Source: an uncultured Anaerolineaceae bacterium
Lineage (GTDB): Bacteria > Chloroflexota > Anaerolineae > Anaerolineales > E44-bin32
Direction of reading: 5' to 3'
Length of the DNA: 64,000 nt
Assembly (NCBI GenBank): GCA_964388955.1
Contig: CAYMCO010000004.1
Coordinates: 112,327-176,326, forward strand
How positions within the stretch are numbered: position 1 is the first letter of the stretch; each line of letters begins with the position of its first letter. Shown piece by piece: positions 36,953 through 46,798 of the stretch. The notes beneath the pieces were generated by a model, which saw nothing but the letters and a program-made list of their open reading frames with translations, ran no database searches and was not told where the DNA came from. The translations under genes and the position numbers were made by a program.

Positions 36953-38716
36953 GTGAGCGGGCTTCTTCTCCGGCTGGCGGGCTTGGCCCGGCCCATGGCG
37001 GCACGTATCGTGCTGTCCGTGCTGCTGGGGGCTGGAACGATACTCAGTGGAGTTTGCTTGCTCGCCATCTCGGCCTTCGTGGTGGCGAAAGCCGCGCTCC
37101 TGCCCCCCATCGCCGAACTGCAGCTCGCCATTGTGGGCCTGCGATTCACTGGGATCGCCAGGGGCGTACTGCGCTACCTGGAACGGTATACGTCCCATGG
37201 CATCACCCTCCATATTCTGGGCCGGCTGCGGGTGTGGTTCTATGATCTTTTGGCTCCTCTGGCCCCGGCGCGCTTGCTGACCCGCCATTCCGGCGATCTG
37301 ATGGCCCGCATCCTAGCGGATATCGCGACGCTCGAGGATTTCTATGCGCGTGTACTCACACCCCCCGCTGTCGCTCTGCTGACGGTAGTTGGGGGGACCC
37401 TTGTACTCGCCGGCCTGGATTTGCGTCTGGCGCTGTCCACACTCGGATTCTTCGTTCTCGCCGCGCTCGGGCTTCCCCTACTCTCGGAAAGACTGACCCG
37501 TGAGCCGGGAGCAAGATTGGTGCAGTTGAGATCCCAATTATACGTCGCTTCCCTGGACGCCGTGGGCGGCATGGCGGATCTGTTGGCGTTCGGTCACGCT
37601 CCGCTCCAGGCCCGCCTCGTGGAGAAGCTAACCGCCGAGGGCGCTCGGCACAAGGAGAGATGGGCGCGCGTCGATGCGCTCGGCGAGGCGATGTGCAGCT
37701 TGCTGGCTCAATTCTCGATCGCGGCTGCGCTCTTGATTCTCATCCCCATTGTGCGTTCCGGTGCTCTCGATGGGATACTGCTGGCGGTGATCCCTCTGGG
37801 CTTGCTCGCTGGGTTCGAGGCCTTTGGCCCGCTGACAAGCGCCTTCCGCAGACTACATGCCAGTCGGGAAGCGGCCCGGCGGCTGGAAGAGGTGGTTGCG
37901 GCGCCCCCCGCGGTAAGCGAACCGCCCGAACCGAAGCCACTTCCCAGAAACGCGGGGCTGGTGATTGACGACCTGAGCTTTCGATATGAAGCCGGGCGTC
38001 CGCTCGCCCTGGATGGCATCACGCTCGAACTACCGGAAGGCAGCTCGACCGCGATCGTCGGCCCCAGCGGATCGGGGAAGACTACCCTGGTCCATCTCTT
38101 GAACCGATTCTGGGATTATTCGCAGGGCCGGATCCTGATCGGCGGGGTTGAAATACGGGATTGCACGCCAGAAACCATCCGCCGCTGGTTCAGCGTCCTG
38201 CCCCAAGATCCCTACCTTTTCACGGGCACCATCCGGCAGAATCTGCTGCTGGCAAACCCGCAGGCTTCAGAGGGAGCGCTCCTGCAGTCGCTGCGAGTGG
38301 CGCAAGCGCAGGCATTCGTGGCAGAGCTTCCCGAAGGGCTGGACACTTTTGTCGGCGAAGGAGGTGTTCAGCTCAGCGGCGGTCAGCGGCAACGCATCGC
38401 TCTGGCGCGCAGCCTGCTGAAAGACAGCCCCATCCTGATCCTGGATGAACCCACCAATCATGTCGATCCCATCCTGGCGCGCGCTCTGATGCACTCGCTG
38501 CGGGCATGCACGACGGATCGGTCTTGGCTCGTGATCACACATCGACTACTGGACCTAGAATGCATGGACCAGATCGTCATTCTGCGCGCCGGGCGCATCG
38601 TAGGCCGAGGGACACATCGATCGCTCATGGCGTCTGGGGGCTACTATCGACCCTTGTGGGAGGCGCAGGTCGAACATCTGAAGATCGAAGCCGCTCACGA
38701 GGTGATCCGTGAATGA
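36953..38716 (+). CDS. cydC: thiol reductant ABC exporter subunit (CydC-type)
   Basis: 587 aa. TM domain plus ABC ATPase (GPSGSGKTT, LSGGQRQR). GTG start. Confidence 0.8.
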   Translation: MSGLLLRLAGLARPMAARIVLSVLLGAGTILSGVCLLAISAFVVAKAALLPPIAELQLAIVGLRFTGIARGVLRYLERYTSHGITLHILGRLRVWFYDLLAPLAPARLLTRHSGDLMARILADIATLEDFYARVLTPPAVALLTVVGGTLVLAGLDLRLALSTLGFFVLAALGLPLLSERLTREPGARLVQLRSQLYVASLDAVGGMADLLAFGHAPLQARLVEKLTAEGARHKERWARVDALGEAMCSLLAQFSIAAALLILIPIVRSGALDGILLAVIPLGLLAGFEAFGPLTSAFRRLHASREAARRLEEVVAAPPAVSEPPEPKPLPRNAGLVIDDLSFRYEAGRPLALDGITLELPEGSSTAIVGPSGSGKTTLVHLLNRFWDYSQGRILIGGVEIRDCTPETIRRWFSVLPQDPYLFTGTIRQNLLLANPQASEGALLQSLRVAQAQAFVAELPEGLDTFVGEGGVQLSGGQRQRIALARSLLKDSPILILDEPTNHVDPILARALMHSLRACTTDRSWLVITHRLLDLECMDQIVILRAGRIVGRGTHRSLMASGGYYRPLWEAQVEHLKIEAAHEVIRE

Positions 38717-38761
38717 GAGCGGAGAGATCGCCCGGCCGCCGACATCCCGGTGCGGCTCACT

Positions 38762-38770
38762 TGATATAAT
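38762..38770 (+). promoter_or_regulatory. extended -10 element TGATATAAT upstream of the MFS gene
   Basis: Exact TGnTATAAT about 63 nt upstream of 38833, identical to the 9-mer at 27515. Confidence 0.4.
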
Positions 38771-38832
38771 CCCGTCCTGACTGGCGCCGGCGGTGCTCCA
38801 GGCTCGCCTCATTATCAGCTCGGGGGAAGCGT

Positions 38833-40128
38833 TTGATCCCAGAAGGACAGTCCCAAACCAGGGCCAGCGGCTATCTGGAATTGGTGCGAAGCAATCCCAA
38901 TTTCCGCGCCCTGTGGCTCGGTCAAATCGTCAGCCTATTGGGGGATTGGTTCAACCTAATCGCCTCCGCATCCCTGGTTGCCAAGCTGACGGGATCTGAA
39001 TTGGGAGTGGGGGCGCTGTTCGTTGTGCGTTTCCTCGCCCCCTTCCTCATCAGCCCGCTGGCCGGGGTTTGGACCGATCGCTACAACCGCAAACATCTGC
39101 TCATCCTGGCCGACCTCTCGCGCGCCCTCATCGTGCTCGGCTTTCTGTTTGTTCGCGAACCCGAGCAAACCTGGTTGCTGTTTGCCCTGACGACCGCTCA
39201 ACTGGCCATCGGCGGGATCTTCTTCCCGGGGCGCAATGCCATCATCCCCGATTTGGTGAGCAGGCAAGAGTTGGGGGCTGCCAACACGCTCAGCTCTACG
39301 ACCTGGGCGACCATGCTGGCGATTGGTTCCGCGCTGGGCGGCCTGGCGGCGGGCAAGTGGGGTATCTATCCGGCGTTCGTGATCGATTCGAGCACCTTCT
39401 TGCTCTCGGCGATGCTGATTTCCCGCATCCGCTACCGCAAGCCAGCCCCCCTCGACGATGGGGAGCAGGGGGTCCTGCCGGCGCTACGCCAATACCTGCA
39501 AGGGTTGCGCTATCTCAGACGGCACGCCGACATCTTGGCCATTGGCATGCATAAGGCAGCCATGAGCCTGGCGGTATACGGCGTGTTCAACGTCATCCAG
39601 GTCATGGTCGCGCGCGACATATTCGTGATCGGGGAAGCGGGCGCCATTACCTTGGGGCTGCAATACATGGCGGGAGGGCTCGGCACTGGCCTGGGTCCAA
39701 TCATCACCCGGCACCTCACCCGAGACCGGGAGCCATGGCTGCGCGCCGCCCTCGGCCTCGCCTACATACTGGCTATGGCAGGCTTGATCACTATTTCCAG
39801 CCTGCACAGCCTTGCCCTGGTGCTCCTGGGCACATTCGTGCTCGAATTCGGCGGGGGGATCAACTGGGTCTTTTCGACGCAGTTGCTGATGAAATTGGTG
39901 CCAAACCGGGTCCGCGGCCGCGTGTTCTCCACAGAATTCGCCTCCTTCACTCTCACCAGCGCCCTGGGGGCCGGCTTGGGAGGCTGGATTCTAGAACATG
40001 CCGGCCTCGAATTGAGCACCCTTCTGCGCTGGCTGGGGCTGCTGGCGCTCGTCCCGGGTTTGCTATGGACTCTGTGGCTTATCCGCCGACGGGCCGCCGC
40101 GACCCCAGTGAAGTTGGATTCCCCTTAA
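38833..40128 (+). CDS. MFS transporter (MFS_3-like)
   Basis: 431 aa with about 12 TM helices and NPNFRALWLGQIVSLLGDWF at the N-terminus. TTG start is uncertain. Confidence 0.75.
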   Translation: MIPEGQSQTRASGYLELVRSNPNFRALWLGQIVSLLGDWFNLIASASLVAKLTGSELGVGALFVVRFLAPFLISPLAGVWTDRYNRKHLLILADLSRALIVLGFLFVREPEQTWLLFALTTAQLAIGGIFFPGRNAIIPDLVSRQELGAANTLSSTTWATMLAIGSALGGLAAGKWGIYPAFVIDSSTFLLSAMLISRIRYRKPAPLDDGEQGVLPALRQYLQGLRYLRRHADILAIGMHKAAMSLAVYGVFNVIQVMVARDIFVIGEAGAITLGLQYMAGGLGTGLGPIITRHLTRDREPWLRAALGLAYILAMAGLITISSLHSLALVLLGTFVLEFGGGINWVFSTQLLMKLVPNRVRGRVFSTEFASFTLTSALGAGLGGWILEHAGLELSTLLRWLGLLALVPGLLWTLWLIRRRAAATPVKLDSP

Positions 40129-40348
40129 ACCATCACATTTCGATCTTGGTCAGAACTGTCGCTCTCGTGGTCGCCGTGGATATCCGCCCTCAACGACCAG
40201 CCGCCCTCCTCGACACGTGGGTTCGCCATCGGCCGGGGGAACAGGTGTTGCTGGAAACTGCCCCCGATGGGAATGATAACCCAGCATACCGAAGTCACGC
40301 GAAGCGATATAATCTCTTGCGATACCTGGAGTGCTATCGAAGGTAGAG

Positions 40349-40384
40349 GTTGAGATGATTGTGAGTGTTGAGATGATTTTGAGT
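40349..40384 (+). repeat. tandem 18-bp duplication (17/18 identical)
   Basis: GTTGAGATGATTGTGAGT followed by GTTGAGATGATTTTGAGT. Encodes VEMIVS-VEMILS at the 5' end of the small ORF. Confidence 0.9.
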
Positions 40385-40642
40385 GCTGTGCTGATACTGG
40401 CCGTGATTGTCCTGGCTACGATCTTCCATCAGGACTTGGTGCGCCTCGTCAATCAGAACGAGGACTACAAGCCACCTGAACTGAGACCGGGCTCCATGGT
40501 CAGATACCTGGAAAATGAAGAAGTCCGCCGCTGGACGTTGGAAGAACCCTGGCGGAAGTACCGCAGCGTGCCGGTAGTCGTCGGATTCCGGAAGATGATC
40601 GACGCCACTCAGCGACAAGACGATCAGGTAGACGCGGACTGA
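40355..40642 (+). CDS. hypothetical single-TM small protein
   Basis: 95 aa from ATG 40355, preceded by AGGTAGAGG. TATAAT at 40308..40313. N-terminal TM helix then a charged soluble tail. No family recognised. Confidence 0.4.
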   Translation: MIVSVEMILSAVLILAVIVLATIFHQDLVRLVNQNEDYKPPELRPGSMVRYLENEEVRRWTLEEPWRKYRSVPVVVGFRKMIDATQRQDDQVDAD

Positions 40643-40893
40643 GCACGATTCGTCAGCTATCCTCCAGAGCCGCGGAGCGAACCATCCTCGGTCTTGGTTC
40701 CACGTCCACCTGCAGATCAGGGCCCATGCGTGATAGTGAGCCTGCTGTCTCGTCGTCCGTAGGTGGTCGCTGTCGCCCGAATCATCAAGCACGGGCCGAC
40801 TCAATTGACCCCATCGGGTTCCATTCCCCAAGCATCGGGCGCCTGAGAATCTCGGGCCCTCCGCGAACCGTCGCCGGGCAACCGGCGGGCCGG

Positions 40894-42672
40894 CTATGAC
40901 AGCGGCCAGACGAGCGGGACCAGCGCAATTGCCACCGCGAAGATCAGCAATGCGAGGGGCAATCCGACCTTCAGAAAGTCTGTGAACCGGTAACCTCCGG
41001 GTCCGTAGACCATCAGGCAGGCCGGCTCCAACGGCGTGAGATAGGATGTGTTGGCCGCCACCGCGACCATCATGGCGAACGTGCGTGGATTCAGGTTCAG
41101 GTGCAGTGCAGCCTGGATGGCAATCGGCACAACGATGATGGCCGCCGCCTGATGTGCCATCGGCTGGGTGAGCGCAACGGTGACTGCAAAGAACCCCGCC
41201 AGCAACCACAGTGGATTGGCGTCCCCCAGCCACGCAACAATCTCCGCGGCCAGGAACTGCGCGGCCCCCGAACGCTCCAAAGCCGTTCCAAGTCCGAGCA
41301 TGCTGCCGATGAGAATCAGCGCCCGCCAGTCGACCTCCCGATAGGCCTCCTCGGGGGTCAAGCAGCCCGCCAAGAATACCACCAGCGCGCCGATCAACAT
41401 CGCAACCGGCAGGGAGACGATGTTGAAAGTCACCAAGGCCAATGATCCCACGAAGGCGGCAATTGCGGCCCGGGCGCGCGACTGGTTGAAGCGTTCCTCC
41501 TCCACCTCCCCAATCACATTGAAGATCTCGTCCTCTGCAAGCCAAGCGATATTGGCCCGCCGCCCCTGGGTGAGCAGCACATCGCCAACCCGGAATCGCA
41601 CCTGGCCAATCTGCTGCCGGATTGTCTGCCCCTGACGGTAGATCGCCAGCACCTGGAGGCCGTACCTCTCCCGGAAGCGCAGGCCCTTCAGTGTTCGTCC
41701 GATCAGCGGTGACCCCGGCAAGAGGATGGCCTCCACCAGGTGAATCTCATCCCCCTGAAGCTCCGGATCGGACAGCGATACGTCGCCCTTGATATCGATG
41801 CCTACCGTCTCTTTGATCTTAAGGATCTCATCCCGGCGCCCCTCGACCAGAAGGAGGTCCTCGGCATGCAGCTCGCGGTCGGCGCGGGGCGCAAGATAGC
41901 GATCCTCGTCGCGGATGATGCGCAGCACCGTCAAATCCAAGTCCCGGCCCAGGCCCGATTCGCCCAGCGTCTTTCCGGCCAGCGGAGAGTCGGGGAGCAC
42001 CAATACCTCGGTGAAATACGCCCGGATGCCAAGCCCGCCACCCAGCTCATCGGGGTGGCGCCGGTCGGGTACCAGGCGCCGCCCCAGCGTGTACATAAAC
42101 AGCAAGCCAGCCACTGCGATGGGGAGGCCTACCGGCGCCAGTTCGAAGATGCCCATCGGAGGGAGATCGTACCGGGTCATCAACCCGCTGATCACGATGT
42201 TGCTGGAAGTACTCACAATGGTGACAGAACTGGTGACGATTGAGGCTATCGCCAGCGGCATAAGCAGGCGAGATGCGCTGGTACGCGTCCGGTTCGCGAG
42301 GCCGATCACGATCGGGACGAAAAAAGCAGTGGAGGCGGTATTGCTGATAAACGCCCCCAAGCCGGCCGAGGCGGCCATTACCACCGCGAGCAGCCGGTTT
42401 AGATCATCGCCCGTAAATCGGATGATGGCCCGCCCGGTCATCTCGACCACCCCGGTGCGCAGCAAGGAAGCGGTCAGAATGAACAAGCCAAGGATCATCA
42501 ACACGGTATCGCTGCCAAACCCGGCGAATGCCTCCTCCGCTGGCAGCAGACCCGTAAGGATTAGGGTCGCCAGCACTCCCAGGGCAACCACATCCGGCGG
42601 CACCCATTCAAAGGAGAACAGGATGACCGCCACGGCAATGATCAGGAGCACAAGCGCTATCTCAGGAGTCAA
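40894..42672 (-). CDS. SLC13/DASS-type anion permease with two central TrkA-C (RCK-C) domains
   Basis: 592 aa. N- and C-terminal multi-TM halves flank two repeats of a TrkA-C-like module (LAGKTLGESGL...; LIGRTLKGLRFRERYG...). Confidence 0.85.
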   Translation of the reverse strand: MTPEIALVLLIIAVAVILFSFEWVPPDVVALGVLATLILTGLLPAEEAFAGFGSDTVLMILGLFILTASLLRTGVVEMTGRAIIRFTGDDLNRLLAVVMAASAGLGAFISNTASTAFFVPIVIGLANRTRTSASRLLMPLAIASIVTSSVTIVSTSSNIVISGLMTRYDLPPMGIFELAPVGLPIAVAGLLFMYTLGRRLVPDRRHPDELGGGLGIRAYFTEVLVLPDSPLAGKTLGESGLGRDLDLTVLRIIRDEDRYLAPRADRELHAEDLLLVEGRRDEILKIKETVGIDIKGDVSLSDPELQGDEIHLVEAILLPGSPLIGRTLKGLRFRERYGLQVLAIYRQGQTIRQQIGQVRFRVGDVLLTQGRRANIAWLAEDEIFNVIGEVEEERFNQSRARAAIAAFVGSLALVTFNIVSLPVAMLIGALVVFLAGCLTPEEAYREVDWRALILIGSMLGLGTALERSGAAQFLAAEIVAWLGDANPLWLLAGFFAVTVALTQPMAHQAAAIIVVPIAIQAALHLNLNPRTFAMMVAVAANTSYLTPLEPACLMVYGPGGYRFTDFLKVGLPLALLIFAVAIALVPLVWPLS

Positions 42673-42735
42673 GAGTCCACCTGAGGCTGCCGCGGCCCAC
42701 CCCGAGATCCGACGAAGGCCCCCGCAGCGCCGGAG

Positions 42736-45231
42736 TCAAGCCTCTCTCGCTCGGTAGGCCGGCGCCTGCAGCCATCTACCGTTTGATTCAAGCCGCCAAT
42801 AGGGATGCCAGGCCACGCCAAACAAATCGAGCTGGATATACTTCTTATACGGTTTCACCACTTTGATCTCGATCTGCTCCCCGGCCTCCGCCCAGCGCTC
42901 GTCAATGTCATCCAGATCCGCCGCCACCTCCGCCTCCATATCAGCGAGATCGCCCCGCAAATCCTCTATAGCGGCTTGGGACTCCTCCACGTCCGCCTTC
43001 GCCTTCTGCGTCATGCGCCGCTTGGTCAGGGAGGTGGTTACCCGGCGGCGGGACCCCATGAACAGGCCGAGCACGTTCTCGGCGTGGGTGGCCATTTCTT
43101 CCATCTTCCTGGCGGACAGCTCGGCCTGGTCCTCGCTCAGCTCACGCTCCTCATGCGCCAGCTTATCGCGCAGCGATTCGATCTTCTTCCCATATTTCTT
43201 CTGCAGCTCCGCCGCCTCGGCATCCCTGGCTTCTTTGGCCGCCAACGCGCACTGCGCTTTGAATTCCGCTTCCGTGGTCCCGGGTTGGGCGACCAGTTCC
43301 AGCGCCGGATTCGACAGGAGATGCAATTCCGCGCTGTGATACACGAAATCCAGGAAATCCTTTACCAGCGCCTTCATCGTCTTCTCATCGCTCAGCGGCG
43401 CAGAAAGGGGAGCGAAACGCGCCCCCGGCGCGGGGGCCGGATCGAGCGATGCGGTGTCCACATGAGCCACCTGCCCGGCCTCCCACTCAGTACGCCGCGG
43501 AGCCGGATCTTCCAAGAGGCAGGCGAGATAGGCCTCATGGTCCAGATCCAGGCCGCGATCCAGGTATCGCACGGCGGCTTGCGCCAGCAAGGTGGGGCGG
43601 TACATGATCGACCCGCTCGAAACGTCCCTCAGATCCAGGGATTCGGATTTCAGCGCCTGGGCGATCGTCAGGTTGTTGGGAAGAAATACCTCATCCACCC
43701 CGCGGGGCACGGCGGGGCGAATCTCGCTTCCAGACTCTGACTCCGCCTGGCTCGATGGGCCAGGCTCCGCCCCGACGGCCGCGCCAAGCGGCGCAGGCGC
43801 AGCAGGGGGCTGAGCGCCAACTGCCTGAGATTCGGCCAGGGCGTTCAATTGGGAAATTTGATCGCGCGTGATGGGCCCCTTCAGATAGGCCATTGCCCAG
43901 CGCGTATAGAAGACCTGCGGCCTATCCGCGTGCACGTTGTTCAGCAGAAAGACGCGCTTGTCGAGATCCGAGATCAGCTTGTCGGCCCAGGTGCGGTCAT
44001 AGCCGCCCTGGCTGGCGACGATGTTATCCAGGCCATCCAACAGGCGGGCTTTGTCCTGTTCGGTCTGCAGCCGGCCGATGAACCAAGTGCCGGCGTTGCT
44101 CAGCCCTTTATAGTCCAGGTCGACCGGGTTCTGGGTGGCCAACAACAGCCCGACCCCGAAGGCGCGCGCTTGCTTGAGGAGGCGCATGAGCGGATCCTTC
44201 GAGGGCGGCTTGGCGACCGGCGGAAGGAAACCGAGCACCTCATCGAAGTAGATCAACGCCCGAAGGGATGGTGATCCGGGCTGGGTACGCATCCATGATT
44301 CCACCGCCGTGAGCAGCAGGGTTACAAAGAACATTCGCTCCCGCTCAGAGAGATGGGACAGGTAGAAAATGCTCTGCCGGGGTCGCCCTTCCGCAGTCCA
44401 CAGGAAGGATTGGATATCCAGCGGGGCGCCCTCCATCCAGGCCTGGAAAGTCGGGGAGGCCAGCAGGCCATTGAGCGCCATCGCCAACTCAAAACGCTTC
44501 TCGACGGGGTAGAACTGCTCCAACTCCAGAGCGCCCAACTGATCGAAGGGCGGACGTTGGATCAACCCGATCAGCTCCGACAGCTTGAGATCCTGGCCGC
44601 CCGCCCACAGATGTTCGAGGATATTGGCCAGCAGGATGTGCTCCCTGGACCGCACCGGATCGGCCTCGATGCCGACCAGACTCAGCAGGGCGGTCACGGT
44701 GGTCGATATCCGCTCCCGCAACGACTCCGCGTTGTCCTCCCAGGGAATATCCGGCGCCTGCAGGGAAGCCAGCACGCTGACCGGCAATCCGGCGTCCGAT
44801 CCCGGCGTGTACACGACGTAGTCGGCAGCGGACCGCACAGCGCCGATGCGCTCCGGTGCGATGTCCCACTCCGCAAGCCCCTTCCGCCACAGGCCGGCGA
44901 CCCGCACGGCCAGCTCTTCTTGGGATATGCCGTCTCGGCGCGCTTCATCTGGATCGACCCAAGGCGCAAAATCCGCCGGCGAAAGCTCCGGAAAATGCAG
45001 CAGCAGATTGCCGATGTCGCCCTTCGGATCGATGAGGATGGCCGGGATCCCTTCCAGGGCGGCCTCCTCCAAAATGTCGATACAAAGCCCGGTCTTCCCC
45101 GAACCGGTCATCCCCACGACAACCCCATGCGTGGTGAGATCGTCGGGATCGTACAAGACCGGGGTGTCGAGAATCTGCTTGTCGCGGACGTCAAACCGAC
45201 GGCCAATATAGAACTTGCCCTCGCTGTCCAC
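42736..45231 (-). CDS. HerA/YjgR-like (DUF87/DUF853) P-loop ATPase with long coiled-coil C-terminal region
   Basis: 831 aa. Walker A GMTGSGKTG, IDPKGD, Walker B-like IYFDEV, and LATQNPVDLD. The C-terminal ~250 aa are rich in heptad-like charged repeats. Confidence 0.8.
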   Translation of the reverse strand: MDSEGKFYIGRRFDVRDKQILDTPVLYDPDDLTTHGVVVGMTGSGKTGLCIDILEEAALEGIPAILIDPKGDIGNLLLHFPELSPADFAPWVDPDEARRDGISQEELAVRVAGLWRKGLAEWDIAPERIGAVRSAADYVVYTPGSDAGLPVSVLASLQAPDIPWEDNAESLRERISTTVTALLSLVGIEADPVRSREHILLANILEHLWAGGQDLKLSELIGLIQRPPFDQLGALELEQFYPVEKRFELAMALNGLLASPTFQAWMEGAPLDIQSFLWTAEGRPRQSIFYLSHLSERERMFFVTLLLTAVESWMRTQPGSPSLRALIYFDEVLGFLPPVAKPPSKDPLMRLLKQARAFGVGLLLATQNPVDLDYKGLSNAGTWFIGRLQTEQDKARLLDGLDNIVASQGGYDRTWADKLISDLDKRVFLLNNVHADRPQVFYTRWAMAYLKGPITRDQISQLNALAESQAVGAQPPAAPAPLGAAVGAEPGPSSQAESESGSEIRPAVPRGVDEVFLPNNLTIAQALKSESLDLRDVSSGSIMYRPTLLAQAAVRYLDRGLDLDHEAYLACLLEDPAPRRTEWEAGQVAHVDTASLDPAPAPGARFAPLSAPLSDEKTMKALVKDFLDFVYHSAELHLLSNPALELVAQPGTTEAEFKAQCALAAKEARDAEAAELQKKYGKKIESLRDKLAHEERELSEDQAELSARKMEEMATHAENVLGLFMGSRRRVTTSLTKRRMTQKAKADVEESQAAIEDLRGDLADMEAEVAADLDDIDERWAEAGEQIEIKVVKPYKKYIQLDLFGVAWHPYWRLESNGRWLQAPAYRAREA

Positions 45232-45281
45232 TGCTGCCTCCCTATATCAAGGTTCGAGATCCTGGAGAACCATCCTGCGCC

Positions 45282-46406
45282 TCAGCGACTCGCCAGGCCG
45301 AAAACGCGCTCGAACTCCGCCTCGTACTGGGCGGCAATTTCTGGGTCATGGATGATGATCACATTCTCGTCGTTGATCGCCTCCGCGCTGTGACTGAAGT
45401 TGTAGGAACCTGTAATGACGGTTCGTCCGTCCAGGATCATAACCTTATGGTGCATGCTGTTCGTGTTACCGTCCAGCCGCAGATCGACTCCCATTCTACG
45501 CAAGAAATCCAATTCCGTGCCAGGATCCCCCGCCTGGTCGGTTTCGATCACACCCCGCACCCGCACGCCGTCACGCGATCGCTCCGCCAGCACCGATTCC
45601 AGCGCGTCAAGCGTGAAGGCAAAGGCCAAGAAATCGATGCGCTCCTCGGCGCCCCGCAGCAGTTCGGCCAGGCGCCGCGCCACCCCGTCCTCGGGTGCAA
45701 ACCACACTTCGACCCTGGACGAGTCAACCACCACCAGGCGATGGGGGGTGTCGGCACGGGAAAGCGACCCGAACCGGCCTTCCAAGAACATCTCCTCAAA
45801 CTCGCGCTCGTAGTCCTCCGCGATCATGGGCGATCGTACGCCCACCAGATTGTTGTCGTTGCGATAGGCGCCGTTGACCGTCAGGTTCATCGAGCCGGTC
45901 CACACCTCAATCCCATCGACGATCACAAACTTGTGATGCATCAAGGAGTCCTGGCCGTCATCCCTTACCTCGATACCCTCCTCGATCAGGTCTTGGATTT
46001 CTTCTTCGCCCAAGTTGTCGCTTTCGGCCACCACCCGCACATTCACGCCTCTGCGATGTGCACGAAGGAGGGCGTCCCGCACGCTCCACAGATCCAGGCG
46101 GAATACGGCCACATCCAAGGCATAACCGGCCTGGTCCATGGACCGCGTCAATTCCTCATCGGGGCCGCCCCGAAAGGGTCCCGTGCCATCTTCGAGCGGA
46201 TCCGTGAAATAAACATGAATCAAGCCCGGGTCCGGCTCGGACGTCAGACCGGGACCGCGGTCCGGAGGTGCCTCAGACCTGGACAACACCAAGTATGCGG
46301 CTACAAGCAGGCCAAACGCCACCCAGGCCAGAGCCGTCGGCCAGCGTCCCACATCCCTGAGGCGCGCTTTCAGCCCGTCATCGCGGTCAGACCCAGACCG
46401 ATTCAT
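45282..46406 (-). CDS. membrane-anchored phospholipase D-family protein with two HKD motifs
   Basis: 374 aa. N-terminal TM helix (ALAWVAFGLLVAAYLVL). HHKFVIVDG...GSMNLT and HHKVMILDG...GSYNFS motifs. Confidence 0.8.
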   Translation of the reverse strand: MNRSGSDRDDGLKARLRDVGRWPTALAWVAFGLLVAAYLVLSRSEAPPDRGPGLTSEPDPGLIHVYFTDPLEDGTGPFRGGPDEELTRSMDQAGYALDVAVFRLDLWSVRDALLRAHRRGVNVRVVAESDNLGEEEIQDLIEEGIEVRDDGQDSLMHHKFVIVDGIEVWTGSMNLTVNGAYRNDNNLVGVRSPMIAEDYEREFEEMFLEGRFGSLSRADTPHRLVVVDSSRVEVWFAPEDGVARRLAELLRGAEERIDFLAFAFTLDALESVLAERSRDGVRVRGVIETDQAGDPGTELDFLRRMGVDLRLDGNTNSMHHKVMILDGRTVITGSYNFSHSAEAINDENVIIIHDPEIAAQYEAEFERVFGLASR

Positions 46407-46782
46407 CGCCCTTCATCCCCCTGGCGCCCGTCGCGTCAGCGCGTTCCGATTATAGACAAAGCGGCATGAACCTCAAAGCGGGGGAGCGGAGGGGGTGCGC
46501 TCCATTTCAGAGGGCAGCCGCATCTGAAGATGGAAGCCGCACCGGCCCTTCGTCATCCTCCGATCTCTGGGCGTCCCGGCCGCGCAGACCTGCGGTCGTG
46601 GTCATCGCTTTCCCTGCCGCGGCCCCTTTTCGCCCCCCTCCCGAAACCCTCCCCCACCACCTTCTCCCCAGTGGTCCAACAGGTTGGCCGAATTGGGGCA
46701 GCTCATTGAAGGTTGGAAAGCGCGAGGAAGAGACCAACGAGTGACATCCCGCCCAGCGAAGCATGACCTCTGTCCCTGAATT

Positions 46783-46798
46783 TTAAGGTGCACCTTAA
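46783..46798. promoter_or_regulatory. perfect 16-bp palindrome, candidate DtxR/IdeR-family operator
   Basis: TTAAGGTGCACCTTAA equals its own reverse complement. It abuts a -10-like TATAGT (46801..46806), about 80 nt upstream of the dtxR-like ATG. Confidence 0.55.

Noticed and set aside
40334-41545. 403-aa minus-strand ORF running from the small-gene region into the DASS transporter gene
   Set aside because: It is out of frame with the convincing 592-aa transporter ORF (40894..42672). It has a Gly/Arg-rich translation and no TM pattern or motifs.
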